Source: an uncultured Phycicoccus sp. (GTDB lineage Bacteria; Actinomycetota; Actinomycetes; Actinomycetales; Dermatophilaceae). Taken from it: a DNA stretch of 64,000 nt. The position numbers and the translations under genes were made by a program. The stretch spans positions 87,664 to 151,663 of the forward strand of contig NZ_CANLZR010000006.1 of NCBI RefSeq assembly GCF_947495705.1, in the 5' to 3' direction. Below are positions 1-9,412 of this stretch, in pieces; position 1 is the stretch's first letter; every line of letters begins with the position of its first letter. The notes below the pieces were generated by a model that saw only the letters and a program-made list of their open reading frames with translations, made no database searches and was not told where the DNA came from.

Positions 1-547
1 GGAGCCCGGCGATCTGCGACCGGGTCGACACCCGCAGCTTCGCGTCGAGGTTGGACAGCGGCTCGTCCATGCAGAACACCTTCGGCTGCCGCACGATCGC
101 CCGGCCCATCGCCACGCGCTGACGCTGACCACCGGACATCTGCCCCGGCTTGCGGTCGAGCAGGTCCTCGAGCTCGAGGATCTTCGCGGCCTCCGCCACC
201 CGTTCCCGGATCTGCGCCTTCGGCGTGCGCGAGTTGTCGAGCGCGAACGCCATGTTCTGGGCGGTCGTCATGTTCGGGTAGAGGGCGTAGCTCTGGAACA
301 CCATCGCGATGTCGCGGTCCCGCGGCCGCACCCCCGCCTGGTCGTGCCCGTCGACGAGGATGCGCCCGTCGTCGACGGGCTCGAGCCCGGCGAGCATCCG
401 CAGGGTCGTCGACTTGCCGCAGCCCGACGGGCCGACGAGGACGAGGAACTCGCCGTCCTCGATGTCGAGCGTGATCGCGTCGACGGCGGGCGCCGCGTGC
501 ACGCCGGCGTAGCGGCGCGTCGCGGCGTCGAAGTACACCGTGGCCAT
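1..547 (-). CDS. ABC transporter ATP-binding protein (MalK/UgpC/MsiK type); 3' end runs off the window
   Basis: Absent from the ORF track because it has no in-window stop. Reverse-strand reading from ATG 547-545 gives [56 protein letters not shown]... It has Walker [11 protein letters not shown]-loop [13 protein letters not shown] signature [14 protein letters not shown] and Walker [18 protein letters not shown] lies 4 nt upstream of the ATG. The gene starts 13 nt after the binding-protein stop. Confidence 0.9.
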   Translation of the reverse strand, partial: MATVYFDAATRRYAGVHAAPAVDAITLDIEDGEFLVLVGPSGCGKSTTLRMLAGLEPVDDGRILVDGHDQAGVRPRDRDIAMVFQSYALYPNMTTAQNMAFALDNSRTPKAQIRERVAEAAKILELEDLLDRKPGQMSGGQRQRVAMGRAIVRQPKVFCMDEPLSNLDAKLRVSTRSQIAGL

Positions 548-560
548 CGGGCCTCCGTCC

Positions 561-1856
561 TCAGAGCTTGGACTTGATCTGGTTGTCGAACACCTGCTGG
601 CTCTCGGCGTCGAGCGCCGCGAACACGGCCGCGACGTCCTGGCCCTGCGCCACCTGGTCCAGCGCCTTCCCGATGCGCGCGCCTCCCCCGGGCAGGAGCA
701 CTCGCGCGTTGTCCTGGGACCGGGTGTGCGGCAGCTGGTCGATGGCGGTCTTGGCGTTGGGGTTCTCCTCGAGGTAGCTGACCTCCTCCGGCAGCTCGAC
801 GGCCGACTTGCGCACCGGCATGTACCCGGTCGCCTGCGTGAACGTCACGGTGTTCTGGGCGTTGGTGAGGAACTCGGCGAACTTCACGGCGTTCGCCTTG
901 CGCTCGTCGGAGATGCTCGCGGGGACCGCGACCCCGGCACCCCCGGTGGGGCAGTTGTCGGTCCCCGGCAGGAACGCGGTGCCCACCTCGAAGGTCGCGT
1001 CCTTGCTGATGCCGCCGAGCGACCCGGTGGACTGGAGGATGCACGCTGCGAGCCCGGCCGAGAAGTCCGCCTCGGGCGTCGCGTTGAACTTCACGACGCC
1101 GCTCTTGGCGAGGTCCTGCAGGAACCGGCCGGCCTTGACGGTGCCGGGGTCGGAGAAGGTCGGCGTCCACTCCTGGGAGTAGGCACCGCCGTAGCCCCAG
1201 GCCATGTTCTGGAAGTACCAGTCGAGGTAGTTGGAGCCGTCGGCGAGCTCGAGGGCGAACCTGTCGGACCCGACGGCACCCTTGAGGGCCTCGGACCACT
1301 CCTTGAACTCGTCCCAGTCCTTCGGGCCGCGGTCCTCGAGGCCGGCCTTCTGCCACAGGTCCTTGTTGTAGTAGAAGAGCGGGGTCGACCGGGAGTACGG
1401 GAGCGCGAAGTGCCCGTCGTCGAAGGTGTAGTCGTTGTAGAGCGCGTCGACGTAGTCCCCGGTGTCGACGCCGGCGCTCGCGAGGAGCTCGTCGAGGGGG
1501 GTCAGCTGCTTGTTGAGCGCGAAGTTGAACCACGTGACGTCCGAGACGACGATGACGTCAGGCTGCTGGCCCCCGGCGAGGGCGGCGTTGAACTTCTGCG
1601 CGACCTCCTCGTAGTTCTTGCCGGCGTCGACGAGCTTGACGGTGAGGTCGGGGTTCTCCTTCTGGAACGCCGTGATGATCTGCTGCTCCACCGTCTTGCT
1701 GTTGCCCGGGTGGTTGCTCCAGAACTCGATCGTGTTGCTGGAGCCGCTGCCGCCTCCGCCCGTCCCCGGCGAGCCGGTGCCCGCGCACGCGGTGAGCCCG
1801 GCGGCGCCTGCGGTGCCGGCGAGGCCGAGGAAGCCCCGGCGAGTGAGCTGGTTCAT
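561..1856 (-). CDS. ABC transporter solute-binding lipoprotein (family 1, UgpB/sugar type)
   Basis: Internal ATG of ORF 561..2627(-); 431 aa. The N-terminus [24 protein letters not shown] has a twin-Arg motif and a lipobox, followed by a Gly/Ser linker and a typical family-1 SBP body. It sits between the permeases and the ATPase, in the A-E-B-C order seen in mycobacterial ugp. Confidence 0.88.
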   Translation of the reverse strand: MNQLTRRGFLGLAGTAGAAGLTACAGTGSPGTGGGGSGSSNTIEFWSNHPGNSKTVEQQIITAFQKENPDLTVKLVDAGKNYEEVAQKFNAALAGGQQPDVIVVSDVTWFNFALNKQLTPLDELLASAGVDTGDYVDALYNDYTFDDGHFALPYSRSTPLFYYNKDLWQKAGLEDRGPKDWDEFKEWSEALKGAVGSDRFALELADGSNYLDWYFQNMAWGYGGAYSQEWTPTFSDPGTVKAGRFLQDLAKSGVVKFNATPEADFSAGLAACILQSTGSLGGISKDATFEVGTAFLPGTDNCPTGGAGVAVPASISDERKANAVKFAEFLTNAQNTVTFTQATGYMPVRKSAVELPEEVSYLEENPNAKTAIDQLPHTRSQDNARVLLPGGGARIGKALDQVAQGQDVAAVFAALDAESQQVFDNQIKSKL

Positions 1857-1936
1857 GGTGTGCCCTCCCTGATCGGCCGGGCGGTCTGCCCGGCACGGTG
1901 TGTACGTCGTGGTGTGCGTCGGTGGTGCGTCGGTGG

Positions 1937-2797
1937 TCAGCTCTTCACGGCCCCCGCCGTGAGCCCCTTGATCATCTGGCGTTGCAGGACGAGGAAGAGC
2001 ACGAGGACGGGCAGCATCGCGAGGACGGTGCCGGCCATGACGGGCCCCCAGTTCGTCACGCCGTCGTTGTTCTGCAACAGCGTCAGCCCGACCGGCAGCG
2101 GCGCGGTGCGCTCGTCGTCGGACATGAGGAAGGGCCACAGGTACTCGTTCCACTCGTTGACGACGGTGATCAGCGAGAACGCGACGAGGGTCGGCCACGA
2201 CATCGGCAGGACGACCCGCCACAGCAGCTTCAGCGGGCCGGCGCCGTCGAGGCGCGCCGCCTCGATGATCTCGGTCGGCAGGTTGAGGAACTGGTTGCGC
2301 ATGAGGAAGGTCCCGAACGCGACCCCGGCGAGCGGGATGATGATGCCCTGGAACGTGTTCCGCCAGCCGAGCTGGGCGACGAGCGCGTAGTTGCTGATGA
2401 CGGTGATCTGGTTGGGGACCATGAGCGCCGCGATGACGACGAGGAACACGATGCCCCGGCCCGGGAAGCGCAGGAGCGAGAGGGCGTAGGCGCTGAGGAC
2501 GCCGAGCACGATCTTCGACATCGACAGGACGCCGGTGATGACGATCGAGTTGCGCATGTAGTCCAGGAACGGGATGCGCGTCGTGACGTCGGAGTAGTTC
2601 GCCGTCGTCGCCGGCTGCGGGAACCACTGCGCGGGGCGGACGTAGATGTCCTGGCGCTCCTTGAGCGAGGTGATGACGATCCAGAAGAGCGGGACGGCGA
2701 TGACGAGCAGCACGAGCACCATGCCGGTGTAGCCCGCCACCGTCTTGAGGGGCGAGCGGTGCGAGATCGCCTCGGCGCCGTGCGCGCGGGCGCTCAT
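1937..2797 (-). CDS. ABC transporter permease (UgpE/MalG-like)
   Basis: Internal ATG of ORF 1937..3829(-); 286 aa and polytopic. EAA loop EIIEAARLDGAGPLKLLWRVVLP. ATGA overlap with the upstream permease stop (2794-2797). Confidence 0.9.
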   Translation of the reverse strand: MSARAHGAEAISHRSPLKTVAGYTGMVLVLLVIAVPLFWIVITSLKERQDIYVRPAQWFPQPATTANYSDVTTRIPFLDYMRNSIVITGVLSMSKIVLGVLSAYALSLLRFPGRGIVFLVVIAALMVPNQITVISNYALVAQLGWRNTFQGIIIPLAGVAFGTFLMRNQFLNLPTEIIEAARLDGAGPLKLLWRVVLPMSWPTLVAFSLITVVNEWNEYLWPFLMSDDERTAPLPVGLTLLQNNDGVTNWGPVMAGTVLAMLPVLVLFLVLQRQMIKGLTAGAVKS

Positions 2798-3756
2798 GCC
2801 CGCTGCCCCCGGTCCATGACGCGCACCTGGACGATCGTCACGATGAGGAGCAGCAGGAACATCACCGTCGCGACCGTGGCGCCGTAGCCGGCCCGCTGGT
2901 TGACGAACGTCTCCTGGTAGACCTGGTAGACGAGGGTGGTCGTCCCGTTCCCGACCGGCCCGCCCCGGGTCATGACGTTGATGATGTCGAAGACCTGCAC
3001 CGAGCTGAGCAGCACGGTGATCGAGAGGAAGAACGTCGTGGGCCGCAGCTGGGGCAGCAGGACCCGGCGGAAGTGCGCCCACGGCGACGCCCCGTCGATC
3101 TCGGCGGCCTCGTCGAGGTCGGCCCGCCGGCCCTGGAGGGCCGCGAGGTAGATGACGAAGGTGTAGCCGAGGTTCTTCCAGATGTAGGTGAAGGTCACCA
3201 TGAACAGGGCCCAGCCCGAGCGCTGGTAGAAGTCCGGGGACTCCACGCCGATGCGGGCGAGCAGGTCGCGGACCAGGCCGAAGCTCGGGTCGAAGACGAA
3301 CTGGAAGGCCACCCCGATGGCGGCCCCCGAGATGACGAAGGGCGCGAAGACGGCCGAGCGCACGAGGTTGCGGCCGCGCAGCCGCTGGTCCAGCAGCATC
3401 GCGAGCCCGAGGCCGAGCGCCATCGAGATCCCGACCGTCGCGACGGTGAAGATCAGCGTGTTGCCGAGGACGGTGCGGGTGTCCGCCCGGCCGAACCACT
3501 CGACGTAGTTCGCGACGCCGACGGGGTTGGCCACCGGCGCGGAGATGTTCCAGTCCGTGAAGGACAGCCGGATGTTGTCGACGAGGGGGCGGTAGGTGAA
3601 GACGACGAGCAGCACGAGGTTCGGCGCGAGGAGGAGCGCTGCGAGGCTCCACTCCCAGGCACGACCGCTGGAGCGGCGCGGGGGTGGGCCGACGGGCGCA
3701 GGCGGGCCGGTCCGTTCCCCCTGCGCAGCGCCGGTGTCGAGGCTCGTCGGCTGCAC
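2794..3756 (-). CDS. ABC transporter permease (UgpA/MalF-like)
   Basis: 3' part of ORF 2794..4227(-). Start set at in-frame GTG 3756 (VQPTSLDTG...), giving 320 aa. EAA loop LDEAAEIDGASPWAHFRRVLLPQL. The upstream part of the tracked ORF is Arg/Pro-rich and runs into the rpsA terminator region. The exact start is uncertain. Confidence 0.85.
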   Translation of the reverse strand: MQPTSLDTGAAQGERTGPPAPVGPPPRRSSGRAWEWSLAALLLAPNLVLLVVFTYRPLVDNIRLSFTDWNISAPVANPVGVANYVEWFGRADTRTVLGNTLIFTVATVGISMALGLGLAMLLDQRLRGRNLVRSAVFAPFVISGAAIGVAFQFVFDPSFGLVRDLLARIGVESPDFYQRSGWALFMVTFTYIWKNLGYTFVIYLAALQGRRADLDEAAEIDGASPWAHFRRVLLPQLRPTTFFLSITVLLSSVQVFDIINVMTRGGPVGNGTTTLVYQVYQETFVNQRAGYGATVATVMFLLLLIVTIVQVRVMDRGQRA

Positions 3757-3865
3757 CGGGCCAACGTAGCGGGGCGAGTTGCGGTGCGGGGGTGAGTGGG
3801 TGAACGAGTTCCGTCGGCGGGGCGAACATCGCCAGTCCTTGCCGGCGACCCGGCCGGGGACCGAC

Positions 3866-3901
3866 GAGGGGCCCCGGACCGCGAACGGTCCGGGGCCCCT
3901 C
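3866..3901 (-). terminator. GC-rich hairpin downstream of rpsA (candidate intrinsic terminator without U-tract)
   Basis: Perfect 15-bp inverted repeat: gaggggccccggacc (3866-3880) and ggtccggggcccctc (3887-3901), with a 6-nt loop. It begins 16 nt after the rpsA stop on the minus strand. No T-run follows. Confidence 0.55.
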
Positions 3902-3916
3902 GGGGGACCTGTGAGG

Positions 3917-5401
3917 TCAGTTGCCGGTGAGCTTCTCGCGCAGTGCGGCGAGGGCCTCGTCGGAGGCCAGCGTGCCCTCCGTCTCGGCCGGAGCGGCCGG
4001 GCGGACCGCCGGGGCGCTGTCGGCGCTGTCGGACGAGTACGACGTCGTCGCAGCCTCGCCGGCGGCCTCGGCGTCGGCCTTGATGGCCGCCTCGACCTGG
4101 GCGCGGTGCGCCTCCCAGCGGGCGTGCGCCTCGGCGTACTGCTTCTCCCAGACCTCGCGCTGGCTCTCGAAGCCCTCGAGCCAGTCGTTGGTCTCGGGGT
4201 CGAAGCCCTCGGGGTACTTGTAGTCACCCTTCTCGTCGTACTCCGCCGCCATGCCGTACAGCGTCGGGTCGAACTCGACCTGGTTGGCGCCGTCCTCGTT
4301 GGCCTGCTTGAGGCTCAGCGAGATGCGGCGACGCTCGAGGTCGATGTCGATGACCTTGACGAAGATCTCCTGGCCGACCTGGACGACCTGCTCGGGCAGC
4401 TCGACGTGACGCTCGGCGAGCTCGGAGATGTGCACCAGGCCCTCGATGCCGTCGTCGACGCGCACGAACGCACCGAACGGGACGAGCTTGGTGACCTTGC
4501 CCGGGACGACCTGGCCGATCGCGTGGGTCCGGGCGAAGTGCTGCCACGGGTCCTCCTGCGTCGCCTTGAGCGACAGCGAGACCCGCTCGCGGTCCATGTC
4601 GACGTCGAGCACCTCGACGGTGACCTCGTCGCCGACCTCGACGACCTCGGACGGGTGGTCGATGTGCTTCCAGGACAGCTCGGAGACGTGAACGAGGCCG
4701 TCGACCCCACCGAGGTCGACGAACGCACCGAAGTTGACGATCGAGGACACGACACCCGTGCGGACCTGGCCCTTGCCGAGCTCCTTGAGGAAGGTCGTGC
4801 GGACCTCGGACTGGGTCTGCTCGAGCCAGGCGCGGCGCGACAGGACCACGTTGTTGCGGTTCTTGTCGAGCTCGATGATCTTGGCCTCGATCTCCTTGCC
4901 GACGTACGGCTGGAGGTCGCGGACCCGGCGCATCTCGACGAGCGAGGCGGGAAGGAAGCCCCGCAGGCCGATGTCGAGGATGAGGCCGCCCTTGACGACC
5001 TCGATGACGGTGCCGGTGACGACGCCGTCCTCCTCCTTGATCTTCTCGATCGTGCCCCAGGCGCGCTCGTACTGGGCGCGCTTCTTGGACAGGATGAGCC
5101 GGCCCTCCTTGTCCTCCTTCTGGAGGACCAGGGCCTCGACCTCGTCACCGACGGCGACGACCTCGTTGGGGTCGACGTCGTGCTTGATGGACAGCTCGCG
5201 CGAGGGGATGACGCCCTCGGTCTTGTAGCCGATGTCGAGGAGGACCTCGTCGCGGTCCACCTTGACGATGCGACCCTCGACGATGTCGCCGTCGTTGAAG
5301 TGCTTGATCGTCGCGTCGATCGCGGCGAGGAGGTCTTCCTCGGTGCCGATGTCGTTGATGGCAACCTGAGGGGCGGTCGTGTCGACCGTGCTGGCAGTCA
5401 T
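3917..5401 (-). CDS. rpsA: 30S ribosomal protein S1
   Basis: 494-aa ORF with repeated S1 domains (GDIVEGRIVKVDRDEVLLDIGYKTEGVIP, GVVTGTVIEVVKGGLILDIGLRGFLPAS, GQVRTGVVSSIVNFGAFVDLGGVDGLVHVSELS, GQVVPGKVTKLVPFGAFVRVDDGIEGLVHISEL) and an acidic C-terminal tail. Confidence 0.98.
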   Translation of the reverse strand: MTASTVDTTAPQVAINDIGTEEDLLAAIDATIKHFNDGDIVEGRIVKVDRDEVLLDIGYKTEGVIPSRELSIKHDVDPNEVVAVGDEVEALVLQKEDKEGRLILSKKRAQYERAWGTIEKIKEEDGVVTGTVIEVVKGGLILDIGLRGFLPASLVEMRRVRDLQPYVGKEIEAKIIELDKNRNNVVLSRRAWLEQTQSEVRTTFLKELGKGQVRTGVVSSIVNFGAFVDLGGVDGLVHVSELSWKHIDHPSEVVEVGDEVTVEVLDVDMDRERVSLSLKATQEDPWQHFARTHAIGQVVPGKVTKLVPFGAFVRVDDGIEGLVHISELAERHVELPEQVVQVGQEIFVKVIDIDLERRRISLSLKQANEDGANQVEFDPTLYGMAAEYDEKGDYKYPEGFDPETNDWLEGFESQREVWEKQYAEAHARWEAHRAQVEAAIKADAEAAGEAATTSYSSDSADSAPAVRPAAPAETEGTLASDEALAALREKLTGN

Positions 5402-5555
5402 GTAGTAGGAACTCCGATGTGGACAGATGGACTCGGTGGCATGCTTCGGGTGAACGCGTGGGCCTCGCAGGGCACACGCGTGCCTTCCCAGCCTACTCGG
5501 GTGCGCACCCCCCGGGCAAAACGCCTGTCCGCGCGCCGGACCACGGTGACGCCCG

Positions 5556-6356
5556 ATGAGCTTCGAGGCCGCCCGCGGCGATGTCGACGACGCCGAGACC
5601 CGCGCCGCGAACCGCGCCTGGTGGGACGCCGAGGCGGAGGGCTACCACGCCGAGCACGGCCGCTTCCTCGGTGACGCCGGCTTCGTGTGGGGCCCCGAGG
5701 GGTGGACCGAGGCCGAGCTCGGGCTGCTCGCGCTGGAGCCGGGCATGCGGGTGCTCGAGATCGGAGCCGGCGCGGCCCAGTGCTCCCGGTGGCTCGCCCG
5801 GCACCGGGACGTGCAGGTCGTGGCCAGCGACCTCTCGGCCGGGATGCTCCGCACGGCCCGGCGCATCGACGCGGGCGCCGGGGGCCCGGGCGTGCCGCTC
5901 CTGCAGTGCGACGGCACGGCCGTCCCCCTCGCGGACGCCTCCGTCGACCGGGTCTTCACCGCGTACGGCGTGATCCCCTTCGTCGCCGACAGCCGCTCCG
6001 TCCTGCGGGAGGCGGCCCGGGTACTGCGCCCCGGCGGCCGTTTCGTGTTCTCCACCTCGCACCCGGTGCGGTGGGCCTTCCCCGACCTGGCGGGTCCCGA
6101 GGGCCTCACCGTGACGAGCTCGTACTTCGACCGCACGCCCTACGTCGAGCGCGAGGCGGGGGTGGTGACGTACGCCGAGCACCACCGCACCCTGGGCGAC
6201 CTCGTGCGTCAGGTGGTCGCCGCCGGGCTCCGGCTCACCGACCTCGTCGAGCCGGAGTGGCCGGAGCGCACCACCGAGACGTGGGGCGGCTGGTCACCCC
6301 TGCGCGGCCGGCTCATCCCGGGCACCGCGATCCTCGTGACCGAGCGCCCGGGCTGA
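5556..6356 (+). CDS. class I SAM-dependent methyltransferase
   Basis: 266-aa ORF. Motif I VLEIGAGAAQCSRWLA, then ASDLS, then LRPGGRFVF. Confidence 0.85.
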   Translation: MSFEAARGDVDDAETRAANRAWWDAEAEGYHAEHGRFLGDAGFVWGPEGWTEAELGLLALEPGMRVLEIGAGAAQCSRWLARHRDVQVVASDLSAGMLRTARRIDAGAGGPGVPLLQCDGTAVPLADASVDRVFTAYGVIPFVADSRSVLREAARVLRPGGRFVFSTSHPVRWAFPDLAGPEGLTVTSSYFDRTPYVEREAGVVTYAEHHRTLGDLVRQVVAAGLRLTDLVEPEWPERTTETWGGWSPLRGRLIPGTAILVTERPG

Positions 6357-6360
6357 GCGC

Positions 6361-7353
6361 TCAGGCCCGGCGGGGTCGGGCCCGGCCACCCGAGAGCACG
6401 AGGAACGCCCCGACTCCGATGAGGACCACGCCGAGGACGACACCGACGAGGGTCAGCCAGTCGCGGACGAACGACAGGAGCGAGGCCTTGGGCGCCCACG
6501 TCTCCACGTTGTCGGCGACGGTCTCCGGCGAGAAGCCGATGGTGCCGACCGTACGGGCGACGGGCTCGAACCCGTCGGCCTCGTAGGTGGCCGAGACGTC
6601 CTCGCTGCCCTGGATCACGACGCCGGTGACCGGCTCGACCCAGAGGGTCCGGGTGTTGGAGTAGACCACCTCGACCGGGACGTTGCCCGTCTCGGTCGGG
6701 CTGAGCAGGCTGCCCGGGATCTCGAGGGCGTCGATCGTCTCGGGGCCGATGGTCTGCCGGAAGACGTAGACCGGGAGCCCGTCGATCTCGTCCTCCTGGA
6801 CGAAGCTGACGGGTTCGGCGCGCTGGACGGCCGAGTCCCACCACTGGTAGTCCTGCTGCTGGGTGTCGAAGGGGAACTTGAAGTACTGGCCCTCGTAGGT
6901 GCGCGGCTCGACGCGGGTCGGGTCCGTGAGGTCGCCCGCCGAGGCGTAGTCGCCGCAGCAGTTCGTGGTCTCACCGGTCCGGCGGTCCACGGACACGCCG
7001 GCGTCGCTGTAGCTGAGGTCGACGTACTCGCCGTCGACCAGCGCCTGGGACTGGACGCTCGTCTGCCAGAACGCGTCGGTGTCCTCGACGCCCACGTCCC
7101 GCACGACCCCCGGGATGCCCTTGATGGTCCGGGTGCTCTTCACGTCGACGCCGGCCAGCTTGTCGATCCGGCTCTCACCGTCGACGACGTGCGCCCGGAT
7201 CGCGTCGACCCCGGTGCCCACGGACACCGACGTCGAGTCCTGGTCGAGGGGCACGACCGCGAGGCGGTCGTAGAGGTAGGGCTTGGCGAGGAGGCCGATG
7301 CCGAGGAGCAGCGCACCCACGACCACGAGGATGCCGCCGATGATGCGACGCAT
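6361..7353 (-). CDS. DUF3068 (PorA-family-like) envelope protein
   Basis: Internal ATG of ORF 6361..7710(-); 330 aa. N-terminal anchor MRRIIGGILVVVGALLLGIGLLAKPYLYDRLAVVPLDQD, a large extracytoplasmic body and a C-terminal TM helix LTLVGVVLGVVLIGVGAFLVL. This architecture is typical of actinobacterial DUF3068 (recalled from memory). Confidence 0.75.
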   Translation of the reverse strand: MRRIIGGILVVVGALLLGIGLLAKPYLYDRLAVVPLDQDSTSVSVGTGVDAIRAHVVDGESRIDKLAGVDVKSTRTIKGIPGVVRDVGVEDTDAFWQTSVQSQALVDGEYVDLSYSDAGVSVDRRTGETTNCCGDYASAGDLTDPTRVEPRTYEGQYFKFPFDTQQQDYQWWDSAVQRAEPVSFVQEDEIDGLPVYVFRQTIGPETIDALEIPGSLLSPTETGNVPVEVVYSNTRTLWVEPVTGVVIQGSEDVSATYEADGFEPVARTVGTIGFSPETVADNVETWAPKASLLSFVRDWLTLVGVVLGVVLIGVGAFLVLSGGRARPRRA

Positions 7354-7555
7354 GTCGTTCCCTTCGATGAAGTCGCTGGAGCGTACCAGCGAGTAGGGGC
7401 GGCGGATCGTGACTATCGTGCGCGCCACACCGGAGAGATCCGTCGCCGACGACCGACCCTGTGTCGCCCCGGTCGTGTCCCCGGGCCGTCCGTACACTCG
7501 ACCCCGCGGAGCCGCGCGGGAGCGGCGTGGACCCGTAGACGGAAGAAGGACGACG

Positions 7556-9412
7556 GTGGACCTGGTCACGGCGAGCCCTGCGCCGCTGCACACCCGGCGG
7601 GAGCGGTGGAGGCCGGCGGTGCGCCCCACCGTCCGCACGGTGTCGACCGCGCTCGTGGTCCTCCACGTCCTCGCGGTCGGCTGGCTCACCATCGGCGGCG
7701 ACCTGTTCATCGACGACCTGCGGGCGCAGGCCTACGCCGCGGGCCGGCCCCTCTGGCCGTTCGTCGTCGAGAGCAACGCCACCCACCTCGCGCCGGGAGC
7801 CCGGACGGTCGACTGGCTCATGGCCACCCGTGCACCGCTGGAGCACTGGCCGGCCGCCGTCCTCACGCTCGCCATCGCCGCGTTCTACGGGGTCGCCGCC
7901 GCGGGCCTGGTCCGCCGGGTGGTGGCCCACCCCGCGGCCCGCGTCGCCGGGTTGTCGTGGCTGCTCTTCGCCGCGTCGGTCGTCCCGACCTTCGCCTGGT
8001 TCCGGCAGGCCCTCACAACGATGCTGCCGCTGGCCCTGGTCCTCCTCGCGACGAGCCTCGCCATCGACCATGCGCGCACCCGCCGGTGGCAGCCGTGGGC
8101 GCTCTCGGTCGCCTGCCACGCCGTGGCCCTGACGTTCTCCGAGCGCGCCCTCGCCGTCCCGGTGGTCGTGCTCGCCGTCCTGCTGACGACCGCACCGCGC
8201 CGGCCCACCACCACGGTGCGGCGGCTCGCCCGCGGAGCCGTCGTGCTCCTCCCCCACACCCTCCTGAACCTCGCATTCCTCGCCACCTACCTCAGCGGTG
8301 ACTTCGACACCGCCGAGGGCTCGCGGCCGAGCGCCCCGGACGCCGTCGTCAAGGTCGGCCGGTGGGTGCTCGTCGACCTCCTCCCCTCGTTCGTCGGCGG
8401 TCCCGTGCTCTGGCGCACCGGGAACGGGCCCTACTCGTTCGCGGCCACCCCGACGGTCCTCGTCGTCCTCGCGGCGGCCCTCCTCGGCCTCGGCCTGCTC
8501 GTGGCCGGGCGGACCGCCGGCAGCCTGCGGGCGGCGGCCCCGGTGCTGCTGGGAGCCGCCGCCTACGCGGTGCCGGTGCTGGCGATGGTCTACGTCGGTC
8601 GCCTCGCGCAGGTCGACGACATCGCCGCGGCCGACGACCTCCGGCTCCTGCCCGACGTGAGCGCCGCGGTCGCTCTCGGGCTGGCTGCCCTCCTCGGCGC
8701 CGTCCTCGACCGGCGGGGGCTGCCGGGCCGACGGTTCCCCCGGCAGTTGTCCGCCGCAGGTGCGGCCGTCGTCGTGGCGCTCACCGCCGTCACGTGGGTG
8801 GGGTTCGGGGTGCGCTGGCACGACACCCCCGTCACGGCCTACCTGTCCGCCGTGCGCAGCGAGGTCACCTCGGGCACCGGACAGGTGCTCCCGACCACGG
8901 TTCCCGCGGAGATCATGCCCGGGTGGGTCGACCCGGGGTTCACCACCGGTCCCCTCGTGCGCCTGCTCAACCCCGCGTCGCTGTCCGGCGCCCGCGACGG
9001 GCCGGTGGAGGTCATCGGCCCGACCGGATCGCTCGTCCCACCGACGTTCGGGCGGGTCGCCGCCGCACCGGTTCCGGAGGGCTTCTGCGGCTTCGTCGTC
9101 CCGGTAGGGCAGCGGTCCCTGACGATCCCGTTCGACGACGCCGCCCCGTACTACCGCGGGTCCATGCTCGAGCTCGGGGTCCTCGTCGGCGACGCCGAGC
9201 GGCTCAACCTGCGGGTCACCGGCCGCGACGGCGCGACGTCCGACCTCCTCGTCGAGGACCCCCCGGAGCTGCTGCGCGGCCCGCACCGCATCCACGCCCT
9301 CGTTCCCGTCGACGTGGCGGTGTCCGAGGTCATCCTCGAGGTCGAGACCGGCAACACCGCCGGCGTGTGCGTCACGTCGGCCCAGGTCCTCACGGTGGGC
9401 CCGGGCTCGTGA
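7556..9412 (+). CDS. polytopic membrane protein with C-terminal extracytoplasmic domain (GT-C-like candidate)
   Basis: ORF 7409..9412(+). Start moved to GTG 7556, which is preceded by gaaggacgacg and by a TACACT -10-like hexamer at 7493-7498. The first TM helix is followed by FIDDLR, then about 10 further hydrophobic segments and a roughly 200-aa soluble C-terminus. The stop overlaps the acyltransferase start (GTGA, 9409-9412). The start is uncertain; 7409 is possible. Confidence 0.7.
   Translation: MDLVTASPAPLHTRRERWRPAVRPTVRTVSTALVVLHVLAVGWLTIGGDLFIDDLRAQAYAAGRPLWPFVVESNATHLAPGARTVDWLMATRAPLEHWPAAVLTLAIAAFYGVAAAGLVRRVVAHPAARVAGLSWLLFAASVVPTFAWFRQALTTMLPLALVLLATSLAIDHARTRRWQPWALSVACHAVALTFSERALAVPVVVLAVLLTTAPRRPTTTVRRLARGAVVLLPHTLLNLAFLATYLSGDFDTAEGSRPSAPDAVVKVGRWVLVDLLPSFVGGPVLWRTGNGPYSFAATPTVLVVLAAALLGLGLLVAGRTAGSLRAAAPVLLGAAAYAVPVLAMVYVGRLAQVDDIAAADDLRLLPDVSAAVALGLAALLGAVLDRRGLPGRRFPRQLSAAGAAVVVALTAVTWVGFGVRWHDTPVTAYLSAVRSEVTSGTGQVLPTTVPAEIMPGWVDPGFTTGPLVRLLNPASLSGARDGPVEVIGPTGSLVPPTFGRVAAAPVPEGFCGFVVPVGQRSLTIPFDDAAPYYRGSMLELGVLVGDAERLNLRVTGRDGATSDLLVEDPPELLRGPHRIHALVPVDVAVSEVILEVETGNTAGVCVTSAQVLTVGPGS

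Noticed and set aside
540-2390. 616-aa plus-strand ORF and the 421-aa minus-strand ORF 268..1533 overlapping the ABC transporter genes
   Set aside because: They overlap the solute-binding protein, ATPase and permease genes, which have clear family motifs. Their translations are low-complexity.
1857-4227. Long 5' extensions of tracked ORFs 561..2627, 1937..3829 and 2794..4227
   Set aside because: The extensions read through the upstream genes in another frame and are Arg/Pro-rich. Internal starts give proteins of normal family length, with signal/TM features at the N-terminus and ATGA coupling.
3779-5674. 631-aa plus-strand ORF covering the whole rpsA locus
   Set aside because: It lies exactly antisense to an unmistakable rpsA gene. 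Its product is an Asp/Leu/Gly/Arg-rich low-complexity string with no recognisable motif. Long open antisense frames are expected in DNA this GC-rich.
7409-7555. GTG 7409 as the start of the 7409..9412 membrane protein
   Set aside because: The first 49 residues are Arg/Pro-rich with no function-like features. That start would leave only 55 nt for two divergent promoters. GTG 7556 has an AAGGA-type SD and an upstream TACACT. The case is not excluded, only less likely.
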